Part shown: piece by piece, positions 27,427 through 37,844 of the stretch
How the letters are laid out: every line of letters begins with the position of its first letter
Position numbering within the stretch: the stretch's first letter is position 1
IMG/VR virus record: IMGVR_UViG_3300031994_000095
Location: 1,584 to 65,583 of that record
DNA: 64,000 nucleotides
DNA from: a virus
Lineage: Duplodnaviria > Caudoviricetes
Direction: 5' to 3' (one strand)
Notes under the pieces: generated by a model
Databases searched by the model: none
What the model saw: the letters and a program-made list of their open reading frames with translations, nothing else
Told to the model about the DNA's origin: nothing
Translations under genes and position numbers: made by a program

Positions 27427-28104
27427 ATGAAAACTAAAATCATTAGCGCACTCAGAACTAAGTATCAGCGCTTCGGGCTGAGTAATGAGGCTGTTGACCG
27501 GATTGCCTCCGCGCTGGAAAAGACCGTCACCGACGAGAGTGGAATTGACGCTGCCCTTGCTGAAGCATCGACAATGACACTTATCGCAGAAGAGTTACAG
27601 AAGTCGGCTGATGCGGAGCGTCGCAATCGCTCCACGCTCCAGAAGTCTTTTGATGACTACAAGAAGGCACACCCGTCCGATGAACCCGATCCCGTGGTCA
27701 AGACCGAGCCGAGTGGCAACGAGGCCATCCTTGCGATGCTCAAGCAGATGCAGGATGACAACAAGGCACTCAAGGCAAGGCTTGATGAGAGGGATGCCAA
27801 TGCGAGGACGGACGAGATGCGGGCCAAGGTTTTGGCAGGGCTGAAGGCTTCCGGGCGTGAGGACAGCGCGGTTACGAACATCATTATGCGGCAGTTTGCC
27901 GTTGGTAAGGACGATACCGCCGATACCCTCATCGAGAAGTACAAAGGCTCATACGATGCCGACTACAAGATGATTCACGGTGACGGTGCAGTCCCTCCCG
28001 TGGGAAATTTCTTCCCGAAGAGTGACAAGCCCGATGCCAACGAGTTTGCAGGTGCGGTCGAGCGTCTCCGCGTCAAGGGTGTGCTTCCTGCCAAGAAACA
28101 GTAA
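27427..28104 (+). CDS. Capsid scaffold protein
   Basis: Helical, charged ORF upstream of the decoration and capsid genes; start MKTKII. Confidence 0.7.
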   Translation: MKTKIISALRTKYQRFGLSNEAVDRIASALEKTVTDESGIDAALAEASTMTLIAEELQKSADAERRNRSTLQKSFDDYKKAHPSDEPDPVVKTEPSGNEAILAMLKQMQDDNKALKARLDERDANARTDEMRAKVLAGLKASGREDSAVTNIIMRQFAVGKDDTADTLIEKYKGSYDADYKMIHGDGAVPPVGNFFPKSDKPDANEFAGAVERLRVKGVLPAKKQ

Positions 28105-28122
28105 TCATTAAACCCTTAGAAA

Positions 28123-28794
28123 ATGAGTACCTACAACACTTATTTCAACAAGAACATCCAGGCGGGTGCAGAAGTTCCCGTTTGGCTTGGTGTGGTGTCT
28201 CCGATTCCCGTGGGTGCGGTACTTGGCTCCGACTATGCCAAGGCCGGTGCTTTCTATCCCGCCGGAACTCCGATGGCTCTTGATGCCGACGGTCGCACCG
28301 CCACTCCTCTGCTCGGTTTCGTGGTTTTGAACTACGCCACCGATTCCACCAACTCCCTCATCACCGTCAAGGGTAACGTCCCCGGACTTGCCCCGAAGGC
28401 TACCGATGTCCTCCAGAAGGTCGGTGCGACTTTCGCCGCCACCGCAAAGGCTTGGTCTCCCGCTTCCATCGCCGCTGGTGCTAACGATGGCGAGTACGTC
28501 ATCACCGTAGCTACCTCCGGCATCGACGTGGTTGCCGCTGGCGATATGCTGGCTTACTCCGCCGGAACTGTCGGTGCAAGCAAGTCTCTCGCCGTCAAGC
28601 CGGAGTACTACCTCTACAACGATGTCGCCATCGACCACATCGCCAACAACGAGTCCATTGAGAACGTTCAGGCATCCGTGTCGCTCGTGAACTTCCACGG
28701 CGAGGGCATCCTCATCAAGAGGACTCCTGCTGCCGGTTGTGCCGCCGCTATGAAGGCCGCCGTTCCGAATGTGTACCAGGAGGTCCGTTACTAA
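28123..28794 (+). CDS. Head decoration protein
   Basis: Lies between scaffold and MCP; strongly biased codon use. Confidence 0.65.
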   Translation: MSTYNTYFNKNIQAGAEVPVWLGVVSPIPVGAVLGSDYAKAGAFYPAGTPMALDADGRTATPLLGFVVLNYATDSTNSLITVKGNVPGLAPKATDVLQKVGATFAATAKAWSPASIAAGANDGEYVITVATSGIDVVAAGDMLAYSAGTVGASKSLAVKPEYYLYNDVAIDHIANNESIENVQASVSLVNFHGEGILIKRTPAAGCAAAMKAAVPNVYQEVRY

Positions 28795-28816
28795 TCCTTA
28801 AAAACGAGAAAGCATT

Positions 28817-29971
28817 ATGGATACTTTTGCTCCTGAAACCCATTTCGATGCGCTGTTCTATGCGCTTGGCGGTGACTTCGCTCGTCTCCAGCCCTTCGTA
28901 GATGCCATCCTCGCGGACTACAACGCCCTCGAGATTGACGGCTTCACTTTCAACGATGACCTCCTCGACGACTTCACCTTTGAGCAGGTGGAGAACTACG
29001 TTGGCATCGCTCCTCTTGCCTCGGTTGTTGACCCCGATTCCCCGGCCATTCCGTTTGGTCGTAAGGGCCAGAGCCTCGGCACTGGTAAGATTCCTCGTAT
29101 GAAGACCGTCGAGTATCTCAACGAGGCCAAGGTCCGCACCCTCAAGAAGCTCATCCGTCGCCGCGATGTCGGTGCACGTGAGATTATGGCTTCCGCCGGT
29201 GCATCCATTGGTGAGATTATCGCCAATCAGGTTGCCTCCTTCACCAACGCACTGACCTATCAGCGCGACCAGATGGTGTCCACGGGCGGTGTCATCTACA
29301 ACGCCACCAACAACCCTTACGGTATCAGCCTTTCCCTTTCGGCTCGTGTTCCTTCCGCGAACAAGTATGCCGTCAACAGTGGCAATGGTTGGTTCAATTC
29401 CGCGAGCAACTACGCCGCCGTCGCTTCTTCCGACCCCATCCAGGATATGAAGAACCTCGTGGAGGTTGCCCGCCAGGCCGGTCTCGTGGCTTGCCACTTT
29501 GAGATGAACAACCTTGTCATCGACCGTCTCCTGGCTCACACCCAGGTCATCGACGACATCAAGCTCCGTCTCTCGCTCAACGCCACCTACGACATCACCT
29601 CCCTCAAGCCTTTCACCCGTGCCGAGCAGCTTGCCGCTCTCGCCGCTCTGGTTGGAAAGCCCATCGTGGAGAAAGACCACATCTCGAGTGTCGAGTACAA
29701 TGATGGTGGTGTGCTGAAGGAGCGTTCCTTCGCTTCCTTCTCCGATGCCAACGTTGCCCTTGTCCCGGACGGCAATATCGGCGAGATCCTCACCGTTGAG
29801 CCTATGCTCTTCGAGGGCGGCCGTTATGCCTTCGCCTTTGGTCGCAAGGCCGCGTTCACCATCGGCACCGACTACGTGAAGAAGTGCCAGAGCTACTCGG
29901 GCGAAATGACCTCCGTGGTCGCTCCCGACAAGCCGAGGCTTATGTTCTACCTCACCGGCATCAACGCCTAA
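28817..29971 (+). CDS. Major capsid protein (HK97 fold, lambda gpE-like)
   Basis: 384 aa, position, high-expression codon bias. Confidence 0.8.
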   Translation: MDTFAPETHFDALFYALGGDFARLQPFVDAILADYNALEIDGFTFNDDLLDDFTFEQVENYVGIAPLASVVDPDSPAIPFGRKGQSLGTGKIPRMKTVEYLNEAKVRTLKKLIRRRDVGAREIMASAGASIGEIIANQVASFTNALTYQRDQMVSTGGVIYNATNNPYGISLSLSARVPSANKYAVNSGNGWFNSASNYAAVASSDPIQDMKNLVEVARQAGLVACHFEMNNLVIDRLLAHTQVIDDIKLRLSLNATYDITSLKPFTRAEQLAALAALVGKPIVEKDHISSVEYNDGGVLKERSFASFSDANVALVPDGNIGEILTVEPMLFEGGRYAFAFGRKAAFTIGTDYVKKCQSYSGEMTSVVAPDKPRLMFYLTGINA

Positions 29972-30007
29972 GTGAGAGGTGCGTGTAACCGATAGCGAAA
30001 AAGGATT

Positions 30008-30352
30008 ATGACGATAGAGCAGTACTTGAACGGAAAGGCCGACTTCAACTTACAGGAAGAGACCATCCAAGCCATTTTGTTTGACCGTGGCATCGCGGAG
30101 GGGGAGGATATGACCAACGTCACCGCGATGCAGCGGGACTTGGCTACCGCCGACTTGTATATGTTCCTTGCGTCATCGTCCACGTCCGCGTCGGGTGATT
30201 ACGAATCCGACGGTGGTTGGCAACGGCAGCGTTCCTCCAAGAACGTATATGACCGCAATGGGTTGAGAGCTCTTGCGAAGTACCTATACGCCAAGTGGGG
30301 CGTTGTCGTGCCTGACACCGTTGGGATTATCAAGATGAAGCCGATTTACTAA
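30008..30352 (+). CDS. Head-tail connector
   Basis: Size and position after the MCP. Confidence 0.65.
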   Translation: MTIEQYLNGKADFNLQEETIQAILFDRGIAEGEDMTNVTAMQRDLATADLYMFLASSSTSASGDYESDGGWQRQRSSKNVYDRNGLRALAKYLYAKWGVVVPDTVGIIKMKPIY

Positions 30353-30354
30353 GT

Positions 30355-30771
30355 ATGGATAGTCCGCACAATCCGAGGTTTCCCTTTACGTTCAAGGTAC
30401 TCCGTCCCCGCAAGGTGGATGGCGAGTACGTTTTGGATGCCGAGGCGAATCCCATCTACGACGTTGTTGAGTTGTCCGTTGTGGCGATGAGCAATGGTTG
30501 GATGGTGCGTAGGTCCGATGGTAGTCCGGTGATTGAAAAGACTGTTACGGAGCTTTCGTGTGGTTATCGTACCAACACGAGGAACTTGGCCGAGATGGGC
30601 GACGTTGTGGTTTACAACGTGACGCTTCACACGCCACCTTTCACCACACCGTTGCTCTTTGAGGACATCTTGGAGATTACGGATTACGATAGGACTTACC
30701 GCGCGAAGGTTGTGAAGAAAGTGACTTTCAACTGGGGTAGTGACATTTGGTTTGACGAGGTAAAGAACTAA
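30355..30771 (+). CDS. Head closure/stopper protein
   Basis: Beta-rich; position. Confidence 0.6.
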   Translation: MDSPHNPRFPFTFKVLRPRKVDGEYVLDAEANPIYDVVELSVVAMSNGWMVRRSDGSPVIEKTVTELSCGYRTNTRNLAEMGDVVVYNVTLHTPPFTTPLLFEDILEITDYDRTYRAKVVKKVTFNWGSDIWFDEVKN

Positions 30772-30773
30772 CA

Positions 30774-31211
30774 ATGGGATACGTAGAGGACAATGCCAAC
30801 AAGATAAACGCCGCTTTCGAGAGGCTTCGCTCCGCCGCAGAACTTTCGTTCTTGACGGGGATGAAGGCGGTCTTGGATGCGGGTGTTGAGTATTGCCTCC
30901 AGGAACACGATGACTTGCACCAACGCCACGCGGAAGAGGGGGATGGCTACGGCTGGATCCTTCTTCACAACGGGCGGGAGATAGAGCGCAAGCTCTACGG
31001 TACAGACTCGGAGCTAATGAGCAATGCTAACAATGCTTTGAGTTACGTCATCGGACGGGCGTCGAATAGCGGATGGGTCGGGATTGTCCTTGCCACCGTG
31101 AAGCCCGTTACCTACTTCAATGCCCTTTATGAGTTCATACCTATGAGAGCCGGTATCCGCGACCTCAAGTCGGATGATTTCAGTCGGTATTTCAAAGCGT
31201 TTAGTGTATGA
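30774..31211 (+). CDS. Neck/tail completion protein
   Basis: Position. Confidence 0.55.
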   Translation: MGYVEDNANKINAAFERLRSAAELSFLTGMKAVLDAGVEYCLQEHDDLHQRHAEEGDGYGWILLHNGREIERKLYGTDSELMSNANNALSYVIGRASNSGWVGIVLATVKPVTYFNALYEFIPMRAGIRDLKSDDFSRYFKAFSV

Positions 31212-31597
31212 AGTTTTACAGTGTTTCCGACATAGAGTCAGCTTTCAAGGCTTTCGTGAAGGATGGCGGTGTCACCACTACGGTTTATGACGCACGTCCC
31301 AAATCTGTGGTCAGTGGCGTGTCCGACTTTGCCGTGGTGCGTATGACGGGGAAACTTGAGGATATGGCTACCTTCGGTGAGACCGAGGTTGGCGTACACC
31401 TTTTCGCCAAGGACATCCAAGCCTTCAAGAACACCGAGAAACTTGACCTTATGCACGAGCGGCTGATGGCCGCCGTCCCTGCGGAGACCGAGGACCTCTA
31501 CATTGACATTCATCCTTTCGTACTCCCCGACGTAGCCGATGACTACGGCTTTCACGCACGGATAATCACCTTTAGTGTAACCATAAAAAATAGATAA
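31208..31597 (+). CDS. Tail terminator protein
   Basis: Position before the major tail protein. Confidence 0.6.
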   Translation: MKFYSVSDIESAFKAFVKDGGVTTTVYDARPKSVVSGVSDFAVVRMTGKLEDMATFGETEVGVHLFAKDIQAFKNTEKLDLMHERLMAAVPAETEDLYIDIHPFVLPDVADDYGFHARIITFSVTIKNR

Positions 31598-31599
31598 CA

Positions 31600-32217
31600 A
31601 TGGCAGCACAAGCAGTACGTTTTTTCACTGGCCAGAGCAAGACTTGGGCTAAGGCCCTCCTTGCGACTCTTTTCAAGGGTCAGAGCCACTTCTCGCTGAT
31701 GCCCTACGATGCCACCAATGGTGTCACTTGGGCGAACCTCTCCTTCAATGGTGCGGACGAGTTCTTCACTCTCAAGGACTCCTTCCAGCTTTCCAAGGCT
31801 GACCCTACCACCACGGAGATTAAGATTGACCAGATGGATGCCACCATCGACACCACCACCGAAGATGGCGAGTGGACCTTCACCGGCAACATTCCCGTCC
31901 TTGCTATCGCTTATTGCGACATCTTCTTCGACAAGGGTGCTACCGTCACTTCGGCTGGTGCAATTATCGGTCAGGACGGCACACAGTACTCCGCACAGGC
32001 TTACTTCGCCACCCCGAAGGAGGTCTATGCCACCGCGATGATTGAGAATATGGCGGGCACCGAGGGCATCGCCTTTGCCCGCGTGAAGATGACCGTTGGC
32101 GTGTCCAACGATGACTCCACCAATCCCGCTTACCTCCGCATCAACGGTACTATCCTCAATAATACCGAGTCGAGCGGTGTTCAGGGTGACTGGGCAATCT
32201 GCACCAAGGTCGCATAA
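31600..32217 (+). CDS. Major tail tube protein
   Basis: 205 aa, strong codon bias, followed by a terminator. Confidence 0.75.
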   Translation: MAAQAVRFFTGQSKTWAKALLATLFKGQSHFSLMPYDATNGVTWANLSFNGADEFFTLKDSFQLSKADPTTTEIKIDQMDATIDTTTEDGEWTFTGNIPVLAIAYCDIFFDKGATVTSAGAIIGQDGTQYSAQAYFATPKEVYATAMIENMAGTEGIAFARVKMTVGVSNDDSTNPAYLRINGTILNNTESSGVQGDWAICTKVA

Positions 32218-32239
32218 ACCGAGTTGGTAAGAACCGAAT

Positions 32240-32282
32240 GGGGCGGGAGATGATTTGAGTCGCCCGTCCCTTTTTTAGTTTT
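32240..32282 (+). terminator. Intrinsic terminator
   Basis: GGGGCGGG...CCCGTCCC followed by a T tract. Confidence 0.6.
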
Positions 32283-32289
32283 TTGAATT

Positions 32290-32826
32290 ATGGAGCAAGT
32301 TTCAAAGCAAGCACGGATAGGGTTGGATGAGATTATCAATGACAGACCCACGCGAGTGCACATCCCAGGAACAAAGAGATATGTCACGCTCAAGGGCATC
32401 AAGCCTTACACCCTTGAGAGGTTGACGCGGCTTTGGATTGAGCGCGATGTGGAGTCAATCCCGGACGATTCCGCATCGACGTTGAAATCAATGTGTAAGG
32501 AGCCGTATTTTGCCGTGAAAGAGGCCGCTATTTTGGCCATAAACTCCTTTTGGGGGTTACTATTCATCTTTCCGTTTAAGTGGCGTATTTGGGCCTATTT
32601 GCGGGGTTATACGGAATCGCAAGTGATGCCGATAATCGTGGAGGGTAAAAAAAAACTTCAGCTTACCGCACATTGGACGAATATGGCGTACTCGGTGGAT
32701 ATGAGGACGGATTGGATGAGGATGACGAAGGCGGAAGCCGAGCAGTACCGAGCCGAACTTCTTTCGGAGTCGAGTCAAGTTTCGTCGAAAAGTACCCCGA
32801 ATATGGTCGCACCAAGTGGGGTGTAA
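32290..32826 (+). CDS. Tail assembly chaperone (G form)
   Basis: Between MTP and TMP; A9 slippery run at 32647-32655. Confidence 0.75.
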   Translation: MEQVSKQARIGLDEIINDRPTRVHIPGTKRYVTLKGIKPYTLERLTRLWIERDVESIPDDSASTLKSMCKEPYFAVKEAAILAINSFWGLLFIFPFKWRIWAYLRGYTESQVMPIIVEGKKKLQLTAHWTNMAYSVDMRTDWMRMTKAEAEQYRAELLSESSQVSSKSTPNMVAPSGV

Positions 32827-33044
32827 GGCATTGGGGTTATCGTTGTTTCTTGACGATGCCCCAGATAGAGTTGATGAGTGCCGACTTGCCTCACACCTTG
32901 TATCGTAGCAAGAAGAAGTCGAGTGCGGACGAGGAGGCAGAGGTGATACGGTTGGCGCAGGAGGCGGCAGAGCGGAAACGTAAGGCGAAAGAGTCCGGTG
33001 GATACACCGTCGAGGATGTCTTTGACGGTTTGGCAGACGAATAA
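32655..33044 (+). CDS. Tail assembly chaperone -1 frame extension (GT form)
   Basis: The -1 frame is open from the A9 run to 33044. Confidence 0.65.
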   Translation, partial: TSAYRTLDEYGVLGGYEDGLDEDDEGGSRAVPSRTSFGVESSFVEKYPEYGRTKWGVRHWGYRCFLTMPQIELMSADLPHTLYRSKKKSSADEEAEVIRLAQEAAERKRKAKESGGYTVEDVFDGLADE

Positions 33045-33058
33045 AAGTAGAACGATAT

Positions 33059-36000
33059 ATGGCAACGTTAGAGCAGTTAAACTTTAATGTCATCATAGAC
33101 GACAAGGATTTCAACAACAAGATTGGTCAGATGAAAGACCAAGCGGAACAGTTGAACACATCCTTGTCGCAACTCTTGAACATCCGTGGTGGCATTGCTC
33201 CCGTGACTGCGGCCGATGTTGAGAACGCGAAGAACTTGAACAAGATTCTCAAGGAGAACTTCAAGACTCAACAGCAGATGCAGAGGATGCAGTCCAAGAC
33301 GGACGCGGGGAAGGTAGTGGATGATGCCGCCGCCGAGGCTCGTGCCCGTAAGGAGGTGACGAAGGCAAGGGAGCAGGAATCGCGCGAGGTCATCAAGACG
33401 CAGATGGCGCAGGAGAGGCTTAATAGGTTGCAGAAAGAAAGTAACTCCATCTTAGGCAAGAGCAGTAGGCTTTGGCGTGAGATGGGCACGATGGTCGCTG
33501 GGTATTTCTCTATCCGTGGCGCGGCTAACCTTGTCAGCACCCTAACTCGCGTGACGGGCGAGTTTGAATTGCAGAGGGTAACATTGGGCGCGATTCTCAA
33601 CGATACTCAAGCCGCTGGGAAACTCTTTGACCAGATTAAGGACTTGGCGGTCAGGTCGCCTTTCCAATTCAAGGAATTGACATCCTATGCCAAGCAACTC
33701 TCGGCATACTCCATTCCCGTGAATGAGTTGTACGAGACCACCAAGATGCTTGCCGACGTGAGTGCCGGTCTTGGTGTTGGGATGGATCGCTTGGTCTTGG
33801 CGTATGGCCAGATAAGAAGTGCGAGTTTCCTGCGCGGCCAGGAAGTGAGGCAGCTGACGGAAGCTGGCATACCCATCTTGGAGGAACTCCGCAAGCAATT
33901 TGTGGAACTTGGCGAGGAGGGCATCACGGTCGGTGATGTCTTTGACAAAATCTCCAAGCGAATGGTTCCGTTTGAGATGGTGGAGAAGGTCTTTAAGGAT
34001 ATGACCTCGGCGGGTGGCAAGTTCTTCGAGATGCAGGAGGTGCAAGCCGAGACCTTGAGGGGAAAGATAAGCAACTTGACGGATGCCTATCAGATTATGT
34101 TCGCCGAGATTGGCGACAGGAAGCAGGGCTTGCTCAAGGGTGCGGTCGATATGGCGCGTAGCCTTGCCGATAACTACGAGAAGGTAGGTAGGGCGATAGT
34201 TGCTCTTGTTGTCGCCTATGGTGCATACAAGACGATGGCTATGGCGGTCAAGGTAATAGAGGAAACTACACTTATCGCCAAGATAAACCACGTCAAGACA
34301 ACGCAAGCACTCAGCAAGGCAATAAAGATTCTCTCCGCCGACAGTGCCACATTCGCGGCTATACAGAAGGCCATTGCTGCGGTTAATCCTTGGGCGGCGA
34401 TAGGTGCTGCGGTTGCAGCGGTATCGGCATACCTCATATCGGCATCGGTGCAAGCCAATAGGTTCCAGAAGGAGTTGAATGGTGTTGCGGACGCGCAGTT
34501 ACGGACGGCAGAGAAGTCCGTCAAGGGTTTCAAGGATTTGGTTGACCAACTCCGTCACGCCACCGAGGGTAGCCAGAACTACCGCGATGCCATTTCCAAA
34601 TTGAACAATCAATATGGGGAGTACTTGCCTAACCTTTTGAACGAGAAGAACGCCTTGCTTGAGATTGCCAAGGCTGAGCAAGCCGTGACGAACGCCATTT
34701 ATGCAAGGGCAAGAGCCTATGCGGAGTCCGAGGGCATCCAAAAGATTGAGGAGAGGGAGGGCAAGAAGGTCTCCCAAGCCACCACAGAACTCTTAAAGGC
34801 TTTGCGTGGTAAGGCTTTGGCAGAGGATGTCGCAGACGATTTCATCAAGGGTTTCCGGGATGCGCTCCAAAATAGCGAAGGAGACATCAACGAGGTTTTC
34901 CACAACACCTTGAAGAACTATCTCGGTGAGGACTATTACCGTTGGGGCGAGGAGTCTATTCGCTATTGGAATGAGATAGCGGGTGCGGCCCAGGAGTATG
35001 GGCAATCCGTTAGGGCAGTTTCGGATGCGACGAAGGATTATCAACGTGTCCTTGATTTGCGTTTCGGCCAGCAAGGCTACACAAGCGCAGAGGAAAGGAA
35101 ATACATAGGGGAGGTAGAGAAGAAGTACGCACAACAAGAGGCCGCGATTAGAAATCAAAACCTTTCCGCTGAAGAGACCGAGCAAGCACTTCTCGACAAT
35201 AAGATTGCCAAGTTGAACGAGATGCTTGCAACCTATAAGGGCCTTAACTATCAAGCCAAGGAACTTGGCAAAGAAGGTGCTTGGGATAACCAGATACGCG
35301 ATGTCCAAAAGCAACTTGACGCGCTCAAACCCGCCGATGACTCTTGGCTCCAGAAGTTGGTCAATCCCGTGGCACAAGCCGGTGGTCAACGCGACCTTAT
35401 AGCCCAACTTGGAGACCAATACGACGAGTACGTGGACAAGATTCGTAAGGAGTACAAAGATGTCACCGAGACTTTCGCGGACGCACAAAAGACATACAAT
35501 GGATTAGTCGAGGAGAAGAAGAAAGGACTCACTGTTGATGATGCCGTCCTCCAGAAAGCCAAGGAGCAATACGACTATCTTGAGAAACGCCAAAAGACCA
35601 TCGAGAACATCGGTGAGGCTCTGCACATCTCCGTCAACGATAAGATACGCAAGGCATCAAGTGGTGGCTCTTCCGGCAAGTCCGCAGAGCAAGTTGAACT
35701 TGAGATGCGCCGCGACACCTTGAAAGACCTCCTCAAGTGGTACGACAAGCTCCGTGACGCGGGTATGGATAGCCAGAGCATCAAGAACCTACTGGTTTCC
35801 TACTTCCCCGACCATAGCGAGATTATCAATGCGGAGAACTATAAGGAAGCTCTCCTTGAGATTGCCGATGCCTTGGAGGTTTACGACAAGAAGGCGGCCC
35901 AGGCTCTCCGCGACGATATGGGGTTGAACGCCATTGACCTCCAATTTGACAAATGGAAGAAGGCAAAGAAAGCCGCCGATGACTACGAGGAGTTTATGCG

Positions 36001-37822
36001 GAATTGGCTTGAGGAAAGCGAACTCTTTGGCGAAGGCTCGGAGTTTAACATCTCCCAAGCCATCAACAAGTATAAAAAGACAATCCAACAGATTGAGAAC
36101 AAACGTGCGGAGGCCATAGAACTTCTCTATGCGAAAGCAAATGAGACGGGAATCTTTGGTCTCGGATACCTTGAGGAAGGGCAGAAGATAGACGAACAAG
36201 CCCTTACGCAATCCACCAACGCCCTAAAGACCGCTAACGAGGAGATACGCAAGCAAGCAGAGGCGTGGGTTAAGAGTTGGGACGGCATCGCGGAGATAGA
36301 CATCTCGCATATGTCCGACCTCACCACGAGGGAACTCCAAAAACTTATGGATGCCCTCAAGAAATTGTCCGACAACCCGGAGCAGTATTTCGATGAAGAC
36401 TTAAAGAATGGTCTTGGCGAGGTGGAGGGCAGTATGGAGGTCTTTATTAACGCCATCAAAGAGTATGTCGAGCAACTCAATGGCCAAGCCGAAGAGAAGA
36501 ATTGGGACAAGATAATCAAGAAGATTCGTCTCTATCAAAAAGCCTTAAAGACCGCTACGGATGCCTTGCGCGACCTTGCAGAGACTGCTGGTTGGAGTGG
36601 AATATCTGACCTTGCAGAACATATTGACCGTGCTTCCGATGCGGCGATGAACTTTGTTCAGAACTTAGCAGAGGGCGACCCTCTCGGAGCAACGATGTCT
36701 GCCGTTACCTACATCGCCGAGGAGATGGTGCACATAGCCACCTCCGCGATGGAGTATCGCAATACGATGCAGGAGATCCAAATCCAAATGGAGGCATTGA
36801 GCCATTCCGCGATGCTTTCGTCGGGTGTCAATTCCATCTTCGGAACGGACAACTATCGCGCCCTAAAGAACGCCTATGAACTCCTTGACTTGATGGAGGA
36901 CAAGATTGCAAGTCTGCGTGATAGGCTTGGTAATATCACGGCACACGTTGACAAGTCGAAGTGGTGGCAGTTCCTAATGGCTCCTACCGCTTGGTATGGA
37001 TGGTATCAGCACTTCTTTGGGAGCGAGTCCTATTCCTCCTTGCTTGATGACCTTGGCGCGGAACTCTTTACCGAGACTGGACGCGTCAATGTTGAGGCTA
37101 TAGAGGCTCTCCAAGACAAGTTTGACAAGTTAAGTGCGTCCGAAAAGGTTGCTCTTGAGCAAGCCATCCAGGATGCAAAAGACTTCAATGCAGCCCTTGA
37201 CCAGATTGACGATGTGATGTCCGACTTGGTTGGGAACATCGCAGACAACTTTGCAGATGCCATCGTGGACCAATGGAAAGCCGCCGGAGATGCCGCAACC
37301 GATTACAGTGAAATCCTCGATGAACTTGCCACGCAGTACGCAAAGATGTACATCCGAAATTCCATCCTTGAGAATGTCTTTGACCCCGAATTTGAGGAGC
37401 AACTCAAGAAGATGACCTTGGGGATGGATGCCGCTGGGGTGATGAACCTCTTTGATGAAAAGGTCAAGGAACTTGAGGACTACTATCCTTTCTTCGAGGA
37501 TGTTCTCAATGGTTTGAGTGGGTACTTTACCGAGGATGCGGAAACCAAGAATACCCTTGGAAACGGCATTAAGTCCATCACCGAGGATACGGCAAATCTC
37601 CTCGCATCCTACGTGAACGCCATCCGCGCAGATGTGGCTGCGATTCGTCAAGCCGTAGTCGCGGGCAACACCAACACGTTGCCGACGCCGACTCTTGCCG
37701 AGTACTTGACACAAATCCAGGCAAACACATATAACAACGCGGTAGCGACTCAAGCAATCCTTGAGAACCTCCAGAGTATGATGACGGTCTCCGATGGTCC
37801 TGCACTACGAGTTTTTATGTAA
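33059..37822 (+). CDS. Tape measure protein
   Basis: 1587 aa, helical; tape-measure domain (SPFQFKELTSYAKQL). Confidence 0.92.
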   Translation: MATLEQLNFNVIIDDKDFNNKIGQMKDQAEQLNTSLSQLLNIRGGIAPVTAADVENAKNLNKILKENFKTQQQMQRMQSKTDAGKVVDDAAAEARARKEVTKAREQESREVIKTQMAQERLNRLQKESNSILGKSSRLWREMGTMVAGYFSIRGAANLVSTLTRVTGEFELQRVTLGAILNDTQAAGKLFDQIKDLAVRSPFQFKELTSYAKQLSAYSIPVNELYETTKMLADVSAGLGVGMDRLVLAYGQIRSASFLRGQEVRQLTEAGIPILEELRKQFVELGEEGITVGDVFDKISKRMVPFEMVEKVFKDMTSAGGKFFEMQEVQAETLRGKISNLTDAYQIMFAEIGDRKQGLLKGAVDMARSLADNYEKVGRAIVALVVAYGAYKTMAMAVKVIEETTLIAKINHVKTTQALSKAIKILSADSATFAAIQKAIAAVNPWAAIGAAVAAVSAYLISASVQANRFQKELNGVADAQLRTAEKSVKGFKDLVDQLRHATEGSQNYRDAISKLNNQYGEYLPNLLNEKNALLEIAKAEQAVTNAIYARARAYAESEGIQKIEEREGKKVSQATTELLKALRGKALAEDVADDFIKGFRDALQNSEGDINEVFHNTLKNYLGEDYYRWGEESIRYWNEIAGAAQEYGQSVRAVSDATKDYQRVLDLRFGQQGYTSAEERKYIGEVEKKYAQQEAAIRNQNLSAEETEQALLDNKIAKLNEMLATYKGLNYQAKELGKEGAWDNQIRDVQKQLDALKPADDSWLQKLVNPVAQAGGQRDLIAQLGDQYDEYVDKIRKEYKDVTETFADAQKTYNGLVEEKKKGLTVDDAVLQKAKEQYDYLEKRQKTIENIGEALHISVNDKIRKASSGGSSGKSAEQVELEMRRDTLKDLLKWYDKLRDAGMDSQSIKNLLVSYFPDHSEIINAENYKEALLEIADALEVYDKKAAQALRDDMGLNAIDLQFDKWKKAKKAADDYEEFMRNWLEESELFGEGSEFNISQAINKYKKTIQQIENKRAEAIELLYAKANETGIFGLGYLEEGQKIDEQALTQSTNALKTANEEIRKQAEAWVKSWDGIAEIDISHMSDLTTRELQKLMDALKKLSDNPEQYFDEDLKNGLGEVEGSMEVFINAIKEYVEQLNGQAEEKNWDKIIKKIRLYQKALKTATDALRDLAETAGWSGISDLAEHIDRASDAAMNFVQNLAEGDPLGATMSAVTYIAEEMVHIATSAMEYRNTMQEIQIQMEALSHSAMLSSGVNSIFGTDNYRALKNAYELLDLMEDKIASLRDRLGNITAHVDKSKWWQFLMAPTAWYGWYQHFFGSESYSSLLDDLGAELFTETGRVNVEAIEALQDKFDKLSASEKVALEQAIQDAKDFNAALDQIDDVMSDLVGNIADNFADAIVDQWKAAGDAATDYSEILDELATQYAKMYIRNSILENVFDPEFEEQLKKMTLGMDAAGVMNLFDEKVKELEDYYPFFEDVLNGLSGYFTEDAETKNTLGNGIKSITEDTANLLASYVNAIRADVAAIRQAVVAGNTNTLPTPTLAEYLTQIQANTYNNAVATQAILENLQSMMTVSDGPALRVFM

Positions 37823-37844
37823 CGAACTTTTATGTAACCGATAT

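Noticed and set aside
37812-37839. TTTTATGTAAC direct repeat at the TMP/Dit junction
   Set aside because: A short local duplication with no further structure.
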